Positions 62,657-64,000 of a stretch of 64,000 nucleotides of DNA are shown one piece after another. Positions within the stretch are counted from its first letter, which is position 1. Each line of letters begins with the position of its first letter. The position numbers and the translations under genes are program-made. This DNA comes from Podarcis pityusensis (Eukaryota): assembly GCA_964106645.2 (NCBI GenBank), contig OZ067041.1; one strand, written 5' to 3'. Under the pieces are notes generated by a model. The model ran no database searches. It was not told the origin of the DNA and worked only from the letters and a program-made list of their open reading frames with translations.

Positions 62657-63229
62657 GTAAGGTCAGGAAGTGAGAGAACATCCCAGGCAGACAAGAGGGC
62701 AGCTCGCTCATTCACAAAGCCCCAAATAGGGCAGCCAGCTCATTATTGCACATACTGATGTGGGCAGGATCGGGGGGGGGGTCAGAGATGGGCAGGCAAA
62801 CGAGATATTCAGTAGAAAAAAAATGCATGGGTAGCTAACCACTACAATAGAAGGATGGGGGAGCCGATCAATGCAAGGAACGGATCGATGTGAGAGGGAG
62901 GCAGGTACAATTGAAAGATGGAGCAAAAGATACTGGAGAGGGGTGGAGGAAGAGATAAAGTAGGACAAACCCAGAGTGAAGGGATGGAGAGGCAGATAAG
63001 AGAGGCTGAGAAAGAGGGGCGAAGGCGTTAACAGGCCAGCACTGTTGTGAGGCAGGCCATGGGTGGGACGTGTGGGAATGACAGAATAGATTGCTACAGT
63101 GGGGAGATTGATTTTGTTGTTAGATATATTGCAGGTCAAACGCAGTCCTCACACCCCATTGCCTTCACATCTGTTTTTTTCTTCCACCTGCCTGTCAGGC
63201 CCCTGCTGTGTCCTCAATTTTTATTTCAG

Positions 63230-63275
63230 ATGGAGCCCCTCATGTTTCAATGCAGTACGTCTAGCAACCCTGGAG
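63230..63275 (+). other. Candidate spliced exon (46 nt)
   Basis: Acceptor TCAATTTTTATTTCAG| and donor GAG|GTGAGG. Reads MEPLMFQCSTSSNPG, in frame with MRPQL from the previous exon. Confidence 0.4.
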
Positions 63276-64000
63276 GTGAGGGAGGGAGGGAAAAGCAGTG
63301 GGTATATTGGCTCTGTACCCTGCTGTCACAATCATCTTTTACTAGAGGAAAATGTAAAGAGCTTAAAATTACAGGACTTGCTGCTTACCCTCAGCTCACT
63401 CATTGTCAAATTCTCAATCAATACTCTGGGTGGTACAGGCCTGTGAGAAGACTATGCCACTTCAGGTAGTGAATGTTTGAAATGAGGTAGCAGTAGCACT
63501 GCTCGCCACCAGAGTAGTTTTCATGAGCTGTCAAATTCTAAATCAGTCTGGCATACTTACTATAATACAGAAAGTTTTTGAAACAAAATAAGAGCCAGGA
63601 AGCATGGCAGTCAGTGAACATTTATTGAGCTTGCCTCAAGAGCCAATCAGAAGTTTGGAATGGTTCACAATGACCTCCCCTTCCATAGCCCCATATAGCT
63701 GATCATCACCACCTCTCTGAGACAGTTGTGTTCATTACCTCATAGGAAAGTCTCTTCTAGCGCTTCTTCATACATAATGGTAAGCCATGAGCTGTGACAA
63801 ACTTTGTACTTGAACACTTGCCTTTCTTCTCTCCTTCTCTAGCATGTGCTAGTGGAGGGAATAGGAAGCATCTGATTCTGCTTTTAAACAAACCACAGTT
63901 TCCTGTTGCATTTGTCAACAAACCAGGAGAATACACCCTGGTTTGATTTGGGTTTGTTCAAATTAACTAGAGTTTAAAATGGGGGGCTAACCTGTGACCC

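Noticed and set aside
63230-63275. 46-nt phase-1 ATG exon resembling an immunoglobulin or TCR leader exon
   Set aside because: The peptide is not hydrophobic, no V exon follows within the window, and I found no heptamer-spacer-nonamer RSS.
62708-63469. Overlapping 115-143 aa ORFs
   Set aside because: They arise from a purine/pyrimidine-skewed low-complexity tract and show no recognisable domain.
63483-63495. TGAGGTAG resembling the let-7 5' end
   Set aside because: Diverges after the first 8 nt and has no complementary arm.

Overview
This 64-kb window is AT-rich vertebrate genomic DNA. The repeat inventory (Sauria/Squam1 SINE, Squam3-like SINE, BovB/RTE, L2, CR1, Penelope-like element, Tc1/mariner and hAT MITEs) points to a squamate reptile, most likely a lacertid lizard. 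It is largely intergenic or intronic, and I recognise no intact, known protein-coding gene. Nearly all ORFs in the supplied track are chance or transposon-derived. The main non-routine signals are: (1) a Penelope-like insertion with a 12-bp flanking duplication that carries a complete minimal type-I hammerhead ribozyme at 47003-47044; (2) a candidate three-exon minus-strand gene at about 27.6-31.2 kb, with TATA/CCAAT/GC boxes, canonical splice sites, consistent intron phases and poly(A) signals, giving an unrecognised 120-aa His/Pro-rich protein; (3) two inverted 41-bp near-identical segments carrying convergent CTCF-like motifs that bracket that candidate's promoter; (4) probable relics of a TRIM-family gene (coiled-coil and PRY/SPRY) at about 20-26 kb; (5) a triple-nested CR1, SINE and BovB insertion; (6) solo LTR-like elements; and (7) short plus-strand exons near the right end. 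Family assignments come from recalled consensus motifs, not database searches.
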